Shown in pieces: positions 28,601-40,542 of a stretch of 64,000 nucleotides of DNA; the first letter of the stretch is position 1, and each line of letters opens with the position of its first letter. The stretch spans positions 35,216,001 to 35,280,000 of the forward strand of contig CM022672.1 in assembly GCA_012295275.1 (NCBI GenBank), written 5' to 3'. The position numbers were made by a program, and so were the translations under genes. The notes beneath the pieces were generated by a model. It was not told the DNA's origin. It ran no database searches and saw nothing but the letters and a program-made list of their open reading frames with translations. This stretch comes from Chrysomallon squamiferum. Lineage: Eukaryota > Animalia > Mollusca.

Positions 28601-31600
28601 CTACACTGATTACTGTTTGTACAGTCATATAATTAAAACAAATCTACACTGATTACTGTTTGTACAGTCATATAATTAAAACAAATCTACACTGATTACC
28701 GTTTGTACAGTCATATAATTAAAACAAATCTACACTGATTACCGTTTGTACAGTCATATAATTAAAACAAATCTACACTGATTACTGTTTGTACAGTCAT
28801 ATAATTAAAACAAATCTACACTTGTTTGTACAGTCATATAATTAAAACAAATCTACACTGATTACTGTTTGTACAGTCATATAATTAAAACAAATCTACA
28901 CTGATTACTGTTTGTACAGTCATATAATTAAAACAAATCTACACTGATTACCGTTTGTACAGTCATATAATTAAAACAAATCTACACTGATTACCGTTTG
29001 TACAGTCATATAATTAAAACAAATCTACACTGATTACTGTTTGTACAGTCATATAATTAAAACAAATCTACACTGATTACTGTTTGTACAGTCATATAAT
29101 TAAAACATAAAACTACACTTCACTGATTACTGTTTGTACAGTCATATAATTAAAAAATAAAACTACACTTCATCGATTACTGTTTGTACTAGTTTAAAAT
29201 TAAACCATATCACTGTTGTATATCAAATCATACAGAGCCCTAAAATAAAGTACACAGATTAGAAATACATTAACTGCAGGCTAGGATAACCACATGCATC
29301 TGAAATTACAGAACATTAATTTTAATTATTTTAAAATTAAGAAATATAATAAAAAGGTCTTTATTAACTGGATTTGAAGATGTTTTAATCTCAAGTACTG
29401 ATTAGTACTTTATGCTGAAACATGGATTAGTAACTATGTTCATATCAATAAATGTAATAAACCTGAAAAGCAAAGGAATAAACAAACTGAGATGTACAAA
29501 ACCCAGTTTCAGGGCAAAAGTGGAATATGTCTTTTAAAAAGAAGCAAATATTCATACGTAAATAAATAAATAAATTGTCAGTGTGCAAATGGTTGAATTC
29601 ATCAAAGAAAGGAGTAAATGTTAGGAACAGCAAGGAAAGATGTTTTCTTACTTTCTACTGGAATTCCTAGCTGTGCAAGGACATATTCTGCAGCGTACAT
29701 CAGTGCCTCTTCCACTGTCTCACGAAGTTCATCTGGATAAAATGTCCATCCATTCTCAGCTGGAACTGGTTCCTGAAAGAGAAGAAAGACATTTCTTTGT
29801 ACAGACACATTATCAGAGAGCATACAGCCATCCTCAAGTAGCACCAACCTCAAAAAAGAACAACTTTCTTTCACCAGCAGCTGTCCTGTGGTTTACAGAA
29901 TGAAGCTCGTAGACTGGCTTTCCCCACAGATTTTTCTCACACACTTCATCCAAGATCTGTAAAAAAGTGACAGTTAAAAATCAACTCATTTGAGACTTTC
30001 AGTTTGACTGGTAATAGTTGTTTTTATAATCCAAAAAGCCAAAGCACCACAAGTGGTGAATATGTAATTAATGACTAAATTTAAAGTTTTTACTACGTCT
30101 TAGTTCATTAAACCACTGAACTGCTTTAGTTAATACTAGTCTTTGCTTAAAACATTAACAAATATCTACTCCATTGAGTTTTATTTCAGCAGATTCTTCC
30201 AAATCACCAGTATTCCAGTATTACTTTTATCTTTTAACTTCAAAAACAGGAGCCATTACTGATAAAAAATGTATTGTTAAAAAGTTACCACTTATAAATT
30301 TGAGTGTACTTGCTAATGTTTCTAATAAATCTTTACGTTTTACATTAAATATGGCAAAAAGGAACACAGTGAAGCAAAGCTGTAAAGAAGAAAAAGGTAA
30401 ATGAATATAAATTAATTATTATTAGCTTCTGAAAATAAAAAATAAGAAGAATAAAATATTAAATAATAATAAATAAAATATTTAAGTTTAATGAAGTTTC
30501 AGAATGGTACAATGAAAAAGATATATATAGTTTCAACTGTCACTGATAAGAAAAGAACATTGTTTTCCTCTGAACAAATATTCAGGCAAGCCAAAACCTC
30601 AGCCTGTTGAATTAGAATGAGAAAATTTGTAATAGTAATAGCAATAGCAATAGGAATAGTAATAATAATAATAATAGTAATAGTAATAGCAATAGTAATA
30701 GTAATAATAATAATTAAAAAGCTGACAAACTTTGTTAAGGGCAGGTATTTTAAAATGTGTTTTAATAACTCCAACTTTTGAAGTGCAGTAGATGAAGTGA
30801 TAAAATCACTTCTGTCCGTGTCTGATGAAGTAACATCAATAAACAAACAAACAGCAGCAGTCACTAAAATACAGTGGTTCCTCAACTTACTAGTGCCCTA
30901 ATTTAAAAGTTTTTTGAGTAATGAGCAGTCACCCGGTTGATTTTTTGCTTTGAGTTGTGAGCCAAAATCAGAGTTACAAGTGAGCTTCAGATACCCTGCT
31001 GATAGTTGGCACAGCAAACAACGTAACATCCGGCCAGCATCTCACTTGTTTACTTCACGTGGTTACCTCACTGCAGAAGCTTCTGTTGTGTTGTGCTCGT
31101 GTTTTGTGCAGTATTTTGCCTAATTTATTTTTTTTGGCCGTGGATCATAAAGTGAATGCAAAGAACAGTGCTGAGAAGAAGAAGTGGATGATGTCCACTG
31201 AATTAAAGCTTGAATTCATAGAAAATTAATGATAATTCAATAGATTTCAGTTGAGAAAACTGATTTGATGTACAAGTAAACTGAGATACGAGCTCGGTAC
31301 TGGACTGAAGTAAACTCGCAAGTCAAGGTAGCACTGTACATTTAAAGACACAATCAACAGCTGATGTTGTTAAACAGTTACAGTCTTTCTTGGAATTTGT
31401 GATTAAATGTTTCCTAGATAAATGAAAAACAGAAGCATTATTTTGTTTTGTTTAACAACACACTACACTTACTACAATTTTATTTGGCTAAAGATTTTGC
31501 TGATTTGGAGATAAACATTTGGTGCTAACTCACAGATAGGAAGCACCTTCCATGGTTTTTCCTAAACTCACCATTTAGATGTGACTGGGATGGAAAATAG

Positions 31601-34526
31601 CCAAAAGGCTCATTGAAGAAATGAGATCACTGAAATGTGACTGGGATGGAAAATAGCCAAAAGGCTCAGTGAAGAAACAAGATCACTGAGATGTGACTGG
31701 GATGGAAAACAGTCAAAAGACTCAGTGAAGAAACAAGATCACTGAGATGTGACTGGGATGGAAAATAGCAAAAAGGCTCAGTGAAGAAACGAGATCACTG
31801 AGATGTGACTGGGATGGAAAATAACCAAAGGACTCAGTGAAGAAACGAGATCACTGAGATGTGACTGGGATGGAAAAGTCAAAGGGCTCAGTGAAGAAAC
31901 GAGATCACTGAGATGTGACTGGGATGGAAAAGTCAAAGGGCTCATTGAAGAAACGAGATCAGTCTTCCTTTCCAACTGCTCTGGTAAACAGTTCCTTCAC
32001 CGTTCTCCAACTGCTGTTTTCAGCCAAGTTTTTAACAAACAAGGTTCGAACCTGGAAAACAATTCCATTCAAACATGCCCGTCTTAAATCATGATCAGTC
32101 AGTACTACTTCCAAAAACCTTTTTGTAAAAATCTAGATTACTTATGCATGTCTTTAAACAACATTTAACACCTGAAAGTAATTGATTTATGACAAAATTG
32201 TATCTAAAGTTGGAAATAAATTTCAATTACATAAAACAGTATTCAGGGATTGTTTGGTTGTTTTTATACTGATCTGGTTTTTAATATAAAACAAAATGTT
32301 ATTATTAATTTAATTCTCATAATATCCTTAAAATGTATTTCAGTCTAGATTTTCTGAATTTTGAACAACGGTTTTGACAAATTATTTCAGTGCAGTAATT
32401 ATGTAAATTAGTCTTTTTACTATAAATATTTGATGAGGAAACATTCAGTTCTCTCATCTGACAGTAGTAATTGTCTTACATAGCTAAGTGGCTGGTCACA
32501 AGTGTTTACTTATTTGTCACTTGTAACACATTAGGCTGTTCATAATTTATTAAGAAAAAACTTTATTAAAAAAAAGTGATGTTTTTCTATATTTTAAAAT
32601 TGGGAAAATATGTATAATAATGTAAAAGGGTCAGTTACATTGACACAGCAAAGATTATTTTAAAAAGATATATATGTATGTATGTATGTAATAATGTATG
32701 TATGTATGTATGTGTATTTACACATTTATTTTATCAGAATACAAGATATGTAACTCAGTGCTAACTGAATTTATTTTTTTCTTTCTTATTTATTTTTTTA
32801 ATAAAATGTATTTCGCGTTTGTATTGCTCGTGCGCTCGAAGTATGACGTCACTTAACAAAATAGACTGAAACAAGTCTATTTACAAACTGAGGCGCGTGA
32901 CAGATAGGTTGTCATGGGCGACGTGAGTAGCTTCGGAGGAGACTTTTGGCAACTAGACTGTACATATTTCTGTTTAGATGATACAATCGCCGTAGAAAAC
33001 GGTCAGCTGAAATTTACAGCGGAATGGTTCAAATTAAGAAAACAGCGCGACATCTTTGAGAAAGTCTATTTGATGACGCCAGACTAAAAGACGGTTTCGT
33101 TAAACGTACACACAAACCAGCTGACAGGCATTCCGTATGAGCTTTCAGAAGTTTAAAAAGTTATATTTTTTGGATGGATGGATGGATGGATGTGTGTGTG
33201 TGTGTGTGATTTTTTCTGTATGTATGTATAGATAAAGATAATATTAATACACATAAATGTTATCCAGCCTTTTGTTCCCACATACAAAACGGGGGAAGCC
33301 TGTACGCGAGCGCGCACACACACACATCCAAAAAATATAACTGAAAAAACTCTTAAAACAATTCAGGTCCAGATGAAGGGGTAGCAGATGCCGGACTACT
33401 GTGACTGGAACAGTGAACAACTGAAAACCGGGCGGTCACAGTCTCTCATTTCAGCATGACTGATTTTGCCCCCCAGTTTGCAATTTGGGCTGTTTTTTTT
33501 ATCTCTTGAATTACCCAACAACGGGCACATGCGCAGTGGAATGTGAAATACCTCTGTTCTTTTAACATCAATATATATACCTGGTTATTTTAGATTATAC
33601 CTTTTCAAAAAAAATAAGACGTTTCGCTGTTAAATTTCAAAAACAAAAATGTATAGTTTTGGAAATAAAGCATACATTTACTTCAATCTAATAACAATAA
33701 TAAAATGAATGTATATTTAATTTTGTTCTGCTTTATAACATTTATTTCTTGTTATTTATTTATATTAAGTGAGATGACAATAGTGACTCCCCCGCTTATA
33801 GCACTAAGGGGGAACATGTCAGAAGTGAAAACGACAGCAGACTGTACTTACTTCGGCCACGATGCGCACAGCGTGGTTAGGTTCCGCCCAGTCGACAGAA
33901 AGGCGTCGTCCCCACAGCAGCATCCTCCCGAGAAGTAACTTTCGTCTCGCTATTGCTGCCGCGTGGTGGCTGTCGTACTCCACGAAGGCGAAACCACGGT
34001 TCTTGGTTCGATCCTCTCTACACGGCGACAGCGACACGTCCACAACTCCGCCGGTCACACAGCGCAGAGCAGCGAGTACATCTCTGCGCAGTTTCCTTCT
34101 AGGAATCCCTGCAACGAACAGCCGCCGGTTGTCGACGCTGACATGGACGCCGATGCTGTGGCCCGGTCTGATCTGGAAGCCGTCCAGCTCGTTCACAGCG
34201 CGCGACGCATCGCGTGTGTTGGTGTACCTACAAAACGCGTACCCACGATTCAAGCCGGAAGAATCCGTCATTAAACGAAATTCGTAAATTCTGCCGATTT
34301 CTTCAAAAAGTGGAATTAGTTCGAGTTCGAAAGCGTCCCGCGGTAGGTTAGCAATGAAAACTTCACATCCGTCACCAGGACGGGGGCCATCCCACCCCGG
34401 AGAAGGGCCTTCGTACTTCCGCTGCCCTTTTTGTTCAATTATAAAATAATGCTTCCCGTCCGTTGGAGCCATAGGATCAACGTCTCTAACAGTACCCGCT
34501 ACTCTCCATGGAGCCAATTCGCCCAT
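25651..34526 (-). CDS. A1CF/RBM46/RBM47/DND1-family RNA-binding protein (RRM1, RRM2, truncated RRM3, DND1-type dsRBD, Pro/Gln-rich tail); disrupted as assembled
   Basis: Exon 34526-33852 (GQRKYEGPSPGWDGPRPGDGCEVFIANLPRD...NRGYAF...SVDNRRLFVAGIP...NRGFAFVEYDSHHAAAIARRKL...VDWAEP); 32051-31959 (start of RRM3, then TGA); 29956-29849 and 29772-29652 (dsRBD); 28534-28397; 27306 onward (repeat exon); candidate last exon 25707-25651. Confidence 0.8.
26165..26615. repeat. Direct duplication of an about 200-bp segment
   Basis: AAATTTT(T)GCTTCTGATT...AACCTTGTGCTTTGAACAAAACAAATAAAAATACTATAAAAATAAAA...GTGTCACTAGCATCTTCAAATG...CAGATTTGCA at about 26165 and 26404. Confidence 0.85.
26669..27306 (-). CDS. 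RNA-binding gene exon with 14 in-frame 42/45-bp repeats (SGYQADHRIPQPP[P]V), each carrying a GTGAGT donor consensus
   Basis: Acceptor tttcag at 27307; phase 1 continues NPQYPGAYGYQTDHCIPQPLV; open to TAG at 26669. Confidence 0.7.
27385..28424. repeat. 62-bp minisatellite (about 17 copies) made of the 3' end and donor of exon 28534-28397
   Basis: Minus-strand unit TGTGTTCACTCCTGGTAATATAGTTCAAA|GTAAGAATTAGTTTTCTTTCTGTAAGACTTTAC; copies at about 27500-27790 are degenerate. Confidence 0.95.
28397..28534 (-). CDS. RNA-binding gene exon (Pro-rich tail)
   Basis: SDDAAPDPAIPYQGPPVYPRTAQTTAPFLPVEIINGFVFTPGNIVH; ccccag acceptor, gtaaga donor, phase 1-1. Confidence 0.75.
28560..29190. repeat. 43-bp minisatellite, about 14 copies, ending about 25 nt before an acceptor
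   Basis: Unit CTACACTGATTACTGTTTGTACAGTCATATAATTAAAACAAAT. Confidence 0.95.
29652..29772 (-). CDS. RNA-binding gene: dsRBD second exon
   Basis: EPVPAENGWTFYPDELRETVEEALMYAAEYVLAQLGIPVE resembles A1CF-type ...EAKTYAAEYTLQTLGIP. Confidence 0.85.
29849..29956 (-). CDS. RNA-binding gene: dsRBD first exon
   Basis: ILDEVCEKNLWGKPVYELHSVNHRTAAGERKLFFFE resembles A1CF ILEEICQKNNWGQPVYQLHS...LFLYK; 108 nt, phase 0-0. Confidence 0.85.
30872..31336 (+). mobile_element. Internally deleted Tigger/pogo DNA transposon
   Basis: TA-CAGTGGTTCCTCAACTTAC ... GCAAGTCAAGGTAGCACTG-TA (imperfect TIRs). Internal KVNAKNSAEKKKWMMSTELKLEFIE resembles the start of a CENP-B-type HTH. Confidence 0.8.
31577..31961. repeat. 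54-56-bp minisatellite, 7 copies, abutting the truncated RRM3 and a GTGAGT donor (31571)
   Basis: Unit GTGACTGGGATGGAAAA..AGTCAAAGGGCTCAGTGAAGAAACGAGATCACTGAGAT. Confidence 0.95.
31959..32051 (-). CDS. RNA-binding gene exon 2: N-terminal third of RRM3 ending in TGA
   Basis: ttttccag|VRTLFVKNLAENSSWRTVKELFTRAVGKED*; LFVKNL is RNP2-like (family consensus VKILYVRNL). Confidence 0.75.
   Translation of the reverse strand, partial: VRTLFVKNLAENSSWRTVKELFTRAVGKED
33852..34526 (-). CDS. RNA-binding gene exon 1: RRM1 and RRM2 (hnRNP Q/R-A1CF-RBM46/47 family)
   Basis: 225 codons with the family motifs GQRKYxGP, CEVFI..LPRD, NRGYAF, SVDN.RLFV.GIP, KNRGFAFVEY.SH.AAA.ARRKL and VDWAEP; donor GAA|gtaagt; CpG-rich. 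Confidence 0.95.
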
Positions 34527-34559
34527 CTTTACCTTTGGCTGTTTCGCGCGCTAACTGAG

Positions 34560-34700
34560 ATCACGCACCAAACTTACGTCAGTCGTCTAACGCGATGCGC
34601 ATGCGTTACAAAACACGTGATTTAATAAGAAAATAACTCCGCCTTCTTCTTAATTTTCATTGGGTGTTTTAGTCAAAGCGTTCTTATTGGCGGATTCGCG
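34560..34700 (-). promoter_or_regulatory. Putative promoter of the RNA-binding gene
   Basis: CRE-like TTACGTCA (about 34574), NRF1-like GCGCATGCG (about 34597), two CCAAT boxes on the minus strand (about 34659 and 34686), CpG-rich. Confidence 0.5.
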
Positions 34701-35211
34701 ATTTACAGACCAAATTTGGTGATTAAGAATGAACCGTTAATGAAATGCCATTGATTTGTTAATATTTTAACTGTAAGAGACGATATTAGGCCATTCGTCG
34801 TTTAAAAAGAAAATATCAATTTCAAAAATATATATATAAAGTGTTCAGCATTTGGAAATGCGTGGCTTGGTCAAGTAACACTGTAGCACTGTTTATCCTG
34901 TGTGGAGAGTTCACCGCGTTTCCTTCATTAAATCATATATATACTGTTCAAACAAATTATGGGACTCTCCTTATAATGATTTTACAATTGCCAAAATTGT
35001 AATGTAAGTTAACTATGGGGAACGGCAATAAATATTACGAAAATAGTTAATTAAAAGAACGATCGGAATGAATGTCTAAAAACAAAACGATAATAACCGT
35101 ATCATCAAAACCATGAAGACAAAAACTAAACAAAGAAATAAATAAAGAAAATAAAATTTTCTGAAATAATTTACATTGTGATTAAATACATTACTCCCTC
35201 TCTCCCTCATT

Positions 35212-35248
<37 letters not shown>

Positions 35249-35347
35249 CATCAAAAATAAATAGCTTACTAAATAATAAAATAAAATAAAATAAAATAAC
35301 AAGAGACAAAATAAAATTCGTGTAAAGATATAAAATGTATTACGAAA

Positions 35348-35457
35348 TTTTCTCAAAGTATAAAAGCGTTTCCCTGTGCGTTAGAGACACAAGACACAAA
35401 GCTATATTTTGTGAGCGTCAAACCAGTCTTAGCACACTGTGTAAATTCATTCACCAC
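35348..35457 (+). repeat. Dispersed about 110-bp repeat, second copy at about 55437-55545
   Basis: TTTTCTCAAAGTAT.AAAGCGTTTC.CTGTGCGTTA.AGAC.CAAGA.ACAAAG.TATATTTTGTGAGCGTCAAACCAGTCTTAGCACACTGTGTAAATTCATTCACCA at both sites. Confidence 0.9.
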
Positions 35458-35889
35458 AGATTTCATCAACGTGAATCGCGCGTGCTCGACAGAAATCATC
35501 CGGGCATTTTTTGTGTTGAATAAATAATCTCACATAATTTAACTTTACAGACAATGAATATTTGAAGTAAAAATATTATAAAATACTTAACAGATAATCC
35601 TAAATTTAATATATATATTAAACTGTTAAATATATCTATCTATCTATCTCTCTATCTATCTATCTATATCTATACTAATTGTAGAAATTAATTGTGGTTT
35701 GAGACCAAAACACGATTTCCTGTCTATTACTGCAGACGCCGTGTAACAAGATGTTAGTTGAAGAAGTCGTTTGCTGTCAGATTATTTCAAATATGTTGTT
35801 AAGATAAACACAGATTTGATTAACACAATAAAGGCTCGTAATAACACAATAATATCTCATAATAACAAAAGAGTGTATTATTATAACGG

Positions 35890-36404
35890 AATGTTATCTC
35901 GTAACAATGCAGTGCTATCTCGTATTAATATAACGTTATCTCGTAACAATGCAGTGCTATCTCGTATTAATATAACGTTATCTCGTAACAATGCAGTGCT
36001 ATCTCGTATTAATACAACGTTATCTCGTAACAATGCAGTGCTAATTAATATAACGTTATCTCGTAACAATGCAGTGCTATCTCGTATTAATATAACGTTA
36101 TCTCGTAACAATGCAGTGCTATCTCGTATTAATATAACGTTATCTCGTAACAATGCAGTGCTATCTCGTATTAATATAACGTTATCTCGTAACAATGCAG
36201 TGCTATCTCGTATTAATATAACGTTATCTCGTAACAATGCAGTGCTATCTCGTATTAATATAACGGTATCTCGTAACAATGCAGTGCTATCTCGTATTAA
36301 TATAACGTTATCTCGTAACAATGCAATGCTATCTCGTATTAATATAACGTTATCTCGTAAGGCAATAAATATTTGGTTAATAGTGGCCGTAACGGGCATC
36401 CGTA
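35890..36404. repeat. 42-bp (2 x 21) tandem array, about 11 copies, ending in a possible DNA-transposon terminus (IS3EU-like TAC/GTA end)
   Basis: Unit GTTATCTCGTAACAATGCAGTGCTATCTCGTATTAATATAAC followed by GTGGCCGTAACGGGCATCCGTA. The array is clear; the superfamily call is from memory and weak. Confidence 0.7.
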
Positions 36405-37029
36405 GAAAGCTCAAAATCAATAAATGAGAATGAGAAGCTCGTGCGGATCGTGTTTTCCGCGAGCGCGCGCGCCACTTTCAGATGAACTCTGTAACTGTCA
36501 CTAAGTGCGTACTCGACACGTGCGCGTCTGCAGTTTCCGTAATTTTCATTCCTGTGTATTTATTACTTCCCGTTCAGACATTTAGTAAGAATTATAATCA
36601 CTGACACAAATCTTATAAAACTGCAGAAAAAATAGATACACAAAAATAGGAATTATCTGTGTATACATTTAGAGTATATTCTTTATATATATATAATAAC
36701 AGTAGTAGTAGTAGTATTTTTTTTTTTAATTAATTAATTTATTTATTTAATTATTTTTTAACAATTGCATTCTATTTCCAAGTATTTCGTTTCTTAATTG
36801 TTATTTATTTTATGTTCAAATAATTAACCTTCAAAATTCTCCGATACACAAATACTCATCTACGCACGAGGACATGAACGAATTGTCTCCCCACACACAC
36901 ACAGTTTATATTAAACTAGTTAATTCATTTATTATTATTATTATTATTTTTATTATTATTATTATTATTATTACAAAAATAAATAAATAAATGAATAAAG
37001 ATAATTCCTCTTTTGATCTTCCTTTCTTC

Positions 37030-37145
37030 AAATGATTGGTTGCGCTCAGTCACGTGATTTAGCTTCATTTACTGCAGAAGATTTGTTTCTCTGGATTTTC
37101 AAGTAACTTTTCGATCGTCGCCAGAAACCAACATGGCGGAATGAT
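37030..37145 (+). promoter_or_regulatory. Housekeeping-type promoter motif cluster
   Basis: GATTGG (reverse CCAAT, 37034), E-box CACGTG (37051), YY1 consensus CAACATGGCGG (37129-37139). Confidence 0.45.
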
Positions 37146-37773
37146 GGAACACTGCGGGTTGTTTGAGAGATTTAAATCTTTATGTTAATCCTCTGACGAT
37201 GTCTTCGTGCGTCTGACTGCTCAGTCTTCCCAGCTGGTTTCACTCATTAGTGATTAAATTTAAATTTAAAATTACTAAAACATTATTAGTGTTTTATTAA
37301 ATTTCCGTGGTTTACTGTATCTATTAAGTTTGTTCCTTTACAATTTATAAAATTTTTATAAAGACTGTAGGTGGAATGTAATAAAATTAACTGAACTAAA
37401 TTATTTATTTTTTTCAAAACAAGAAACATTGAGTCAGCGGATTAGTAAAGCAGATTATCAAACAACGATGTTCTTTACTTTCAGATCCCTGAACCAATCT
37501 GGGATCATCGAACATGTCCTAGTTAGTATTACAGATTAGGTGATGAGAGCAGAAACCCGACATTTTAGATCAAATGGGAAAGATTAGGTGTGAAATAAGA
37601 AGAAGCTGGAAATATGAACGTCAGTGTCAACATAAGGACATCAAATCAAGATTCAGAATTTTATTTATTTTATTTTCATTTGTGACCATTTGCTAATAAA
37701 ACTATACCTTAGTCTTTGGACGTTGTTGCTCAAGTTTGATGATACTAGCTAAAAATACATAATTAAACACATA

Positions 37774-37942
37774 ACAATTCCACGTGTTTATTTCAGTCAC
37801 AGTTACCACATAACACAAAACAATTCCACATGTTTATTTGAGTCACAGTTACCACATAACACAAAACAATTCCACATGTTTATTTGAGTCACAGTTACCA
37901 CATAACACAAAACAATTCCACATGTTTATTTGAGTCACAGTT
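37774..37942. repeat. 46-bp minisatellite, about 3.6 copies
   Basis: Unit ACAATTCCACATGTTTATTTGAGTCACAGTTACCACATAACACAAA. Confidence 0.9.
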
Positions 37943-38004
37943 TCTGAGATTTCAAATGCAAAATAGTTAAGGGCCACGTGTGACACAAATATTTTTTTTT
38001 AACC

Positions 38005-38047
<43 letters not shown>

Positions 38048-38465
38048 AAAATAATCTTTATATATATATATATTTCCGCCACTAAATATGCAGCTACAGT
38101 ATCAAAAAATAAATTAAAAAAATTAATAAATCAATAAAAAAAATAATAAAAATATAAACAGTTCGGAATATAAACAATGTCAAAATATTACATACATTCA
38201 TACATAGATACATATACATTCATGAAAACATAAATACATACATAATGCATACACTCATCTATTGAATAACATGGATTGTCAAACCTTTTATTTTTCATTT
38301 CTTTTTTCCCCCACAAACCAGAATTTCTTTAATCGCAAGATTTTGTATGTTTCAATAAAATAAGTGTCTATTAATCGTAATACCAAATCCCTTTTCGGTT
38401 AAATTCCAACGGTTTAAATATCTGTTTCGATCTGTGTTTTACTACATTATATTCTTTTGCAATGA

Positions 38466-38537
<72 letters not shown>

Positions 38538-38649
38538 CGGTAATTTATTTCTTACATTATGATTATAAAAAAAAAGTAAAATAAAATTAATAGCAGCTGT
38601 GTCATTGTTGAAGTTTCAAAAATATTTGAATCCTTAAGTAAATAAAAAA

Positions 38650-38704
<55 letters not shown>

Positions 38705-40295
38705 CGTGATGGCTAATTTGTATTGGGATATTTCATTGGGAGAATTATGGATAATGTTAAAATACTTTTGAATCAAAATAACAACAATAATAATATTTTA
38801 AACGCATCGTAATTCGAACTTTGTTTTCTCGTTACGATGAAGCAGTTATGAGACAAACCCCTCCTTTGTTTTAAGGTCAAGTCGTTTTAACGCACGTGCG
38901 CCTACGTCACAGTTGTTTACGAAAGGAAGTACTGCTCATCTCTGGTGTCGGTACTGTTGTTTTTTAGTTCAGATTTTGTTGAATATGGCCGCTAATTGTA
39001 CCCGAAAATCGCTCCAGGAAATCAAAAACCCCACCTGGTAGCGGAACGCACCCAGGGGCCAGAATCACATCGGGACAATCAGTAAATCATAAGAAACCTA
39101 CTACGTCATTTACTAATTATTATTAAATCAACATGCAAACAATGATAACACAAAATTACATTAAAAAATAACAAAACATTTAAGATTTAAGGTTTAACAC
39201 TGAATTACATATACGTCACATAATTTCTTTATAATCGTTTTTGACATCAATGCCTTACCAACAGTTAACTTGTGACGGTGAAAAATTAAGACTTTACCTT
39301 CTCGTAATTCAGGATTTGAAAGTTTTTTCAGAAGGATGAAACAGAGTAATTAGGTTTGTACAAAATTACTGTATGGACAGGCAGGAATATCACTGATTAT
39401 CAGCTGGGTGACACACAAAGAGATGAAATCTCATTTTAAAACACTCCACAGACCTCACAAACAAACATCATAAACAAGTGATGACTTTCTGACTGAGAAC
39501 TGTTTTGTTTGTTGTGTCATTGTGTGATGAAATAGTTCAGGGCTGCTGTTTTGTCTACATCTTAGGTTCAAGAATCTGTAAAGCGTTTTTGAAAGTGATA
39601 GGCGTTTATAGATATTTTTCAACTTTTTAATGACTATAATTCATTGTTTTTAGATGTTTATTTTTTAATGTGCTTATGAAAACGTTTTTTTTTTTTATGT
39701 TTATTTCAGTTATATTTTGAATTGGGCTGAGTTGTTGAAGTTTAATTTTACCAAGCAAAGATTTCTTCAAGGTGAAAGTTGCTACTTAGACACATCTAGT
39801 GTGTTTTTCTGTAAGATTGTTTTTAATATTACTGTATGTGCAAAATGCCTGCATGGTGACTGTTGTATTTTTGTGTTTCTTAATGACAGGTGTTGAATAT
39901 TCTAACATGGTTCATACTTCTTTTCAGCTTTTGCATTAACATTCTTCAGAATTATAAACAGAACTGAAATATCCCCTACCTTTTTGTGTATATGCACAGC
40001 AGAGAATTGTTCAGCGTGTGTAAATGTAAATCAGTTTCTTTTGAGAACTATTTCATTATTACACATAAATGCATATAACTAAAACCTGTGATAATCCTTA
40101 AAGTTATTGTTCTTATTCTTTTCCTGATATTTTAATGATAAACCATAATACATCTCACAAATTTGTGAATATAATTCAATTTGTAATCATTTCTTGTATG
40201 TTTGCCACTTGAAAATGTGGCTCATGAAGAGTCAGGAGAGGACAAGAATTGTAGAAAAATTGTAAACAGTGAATTAATGAGAAACATGTGGTCAT

Positions 40296-40371
40296 CAGTT
40301 TACTGTGGACTGACAGTTTACTGTGGACCGACAGTTTACTGTGGACTGACAGTTTACTGTGGACCGACAGT
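40296..40371. repeat. 18-bp tandem repeat, 4 copies
   Basis: CAGTTTACTGTGGAC(T/C)GA. Confidence 0.9.
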
Positions 40372-40542
40372 GTTTGTGTAAAACTAAAGTCATGTAGGAC
40401 GGTTGTATTTTAGCATAGAAAATGATTGTCACAGTTTATTATTTTCAATCACATTAAATGAAAATTCTTCATTGTACACAATCTGCTGAAAAATAAAGTA
40501 AAGTTTACATTGTCTCTGTTTTCAGAACTGTACACGTCAGCA

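Noticed and set aside
27385-29190. Regular arrays resembling CRISPR
   Set aside because: Head-to-tail units with no unique spacers, eukaryotic context and no cas genes.
30170-30850. Candidate linker exons between RRM3 and the dsRBD (acceptor near 30260; FIDVTSSDTDRSDFITSSTALQ near 30780-30845)
   Set aside because: In-frame stops or no phase-compatible splice sites, so they could not be placed in the model.
33862-34287. Plus-strand ORFs overlapping the RRM exon
   Set aside because: Antisense shadows of a GC-rich coding exon.
35771-36427. 218-aa and 179-aa ORFs on opposite strands
   Set aside because: Stop-free translations of a 42-bp satellite with no coding features.
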